From assembly GCA_043780835.1 (NCBI GenBank), contig JAYWCB010000002.1:27466-91465 (forward strand): DNA of 64,000 nucleotides, given 5' to 3'. This DNA comes from Minisyncoccota bacterium (GTDB lineage: Bacteria > Patescibacteriota > Minisyncoccia > Phycocordibacterales > UBA2100). This document shows, piece by piece, positions 63,665-64,000 of this stretch. A model generated the notes under the pieces. It was not told the origin of the DNA, made no database searches, and worked only from the letters and a program-made list of their open reading frames with translations. The position numbers and the translations under genes were made by a program. How positions within the stretch are numbered: the stretch's first letter is position 1; each line of letters starts with the position of its first letter.

Positions 63665-64000
63665 TGTCTGCTTTCCGCAATACGCTTCGCGTTACCGCGC
63701 TTACACTGCCGCTTGCAACCGCACATATTGGATTAGCGGCGGAACACTATCCCGCGCGACGCGTAACAGTGATCGCTCCGTTTCCGGCAGGTGCCTCGGC
63801 TGACGCTGCGGCACGTATTGTGTTGCAGCGAATGACCGAGCTGCTCGGGCAACCGTTCATCGTCGAAAACAGAAAGGGAGCACTTGGAGAAATCGGCGTG
63901 CGCGAAATGCTTAAAGCGTCCGCGGACGGGTACACGCTCTGCTTCTGCAACGACGGAGGTGCCATTACCGTCCCAGCCGCATACGCTGCTGCCGGTAAGA
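63665..64000 (+). CDS. TctC/Bug-family periplasmic solute-binding protein (tripartite tricarboxylate transporter receptor), 5' partial (runs off window)
   Basis: Own translation: MSAFRNTLRVTALTLPLATAHIGLAAEHYPARRVTVIAPFPAGASADAAARIVLQRMTELLGQPFIVENRKGALGEIGVREMLKASADGYTL matches the Bug-family N-terminus (R..VIAPF.AGG..D..AR.......LGQ..VVENR.GA.G.IG...V..A.PDGYTL). GGAGAA RBS. Confidence 0.5.

Overview
This 64 kb window looks like a small-genome, monoderm bacterium, probably of the Candidate Phyla Radiation (Parcubacteria-like). Evidence for that lineage: the S10/spc ribosomal superoperon (rplC to secY, minus strand, about 22.5 to 40.4 kb) has no L30 gene between rpsE and rplO and no rpsJ upstream of rplC, many r-proteins carry Lys/Ala-rich extensions, a LexA operator of the GAAC-N4-GTTC type is present, several PaaX-like genes occur, and Shine-Dalgarno sequences are mostly weak. 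Main contents in order: (i) an SOS cassette lexA - (small ORF) - DnaQ-exonuclease/GIY-YIG fusion - YhbQ-like GIY-YIG - dinB, with a palindromic LexA box shared with a divergent secreted thermonuclease; (ii) infC-rpmI-rplT, an RNase J-like beta-CASP nuclease, a Ca2+/H+ antiporter, ndk, an orphan VirD4/TrwB-type ATPase, purD, map, adk, gmk, secY; (iii) the ribosomal protein cluster, unusually interrupted by two accessory islands with their own terminators. Island 1 (rplE|rpsZ, about 4.3 kb) carries a PaaX-like/Cas2-fold regulator with a repeated palindromic operator, a GNAT, a class I methyltransferase and hypothetical genes. Island 2 (rplB|rpsS, about 1.4 kb) carries a hypothetical gene and an alpha/beta hydrolase. 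(iv) Most notable: two paralogous divergent cassettes at about 41.1-49.9 kb and 52.0-60.6 kb. Each encodes membrane-anchored TPR proteins, a rhodanese, a DsbA-like oxidoreductase, a small anchored peptide with a Gly/Ser/Asp/Cys-rich tail, an OPRTase-like domain fused to a PQQ-type beta-propeller, and a strongly translated small secreted Cys-rich peptide. The second cassette additionally carries a YcaO-domain protein plus a SagB-type FMN dehydrogenase, the pair that builds azoles in RiPP pathways. The first cassette instead has two paralogous large polytopic membrane proteins that may be HTTM/VKGC-like. I propose this as a candidate undescribed peptide-maturation / thiol-redox system. All calls rest on reading the ORF translations and the DNA by eye; no database searches were run.
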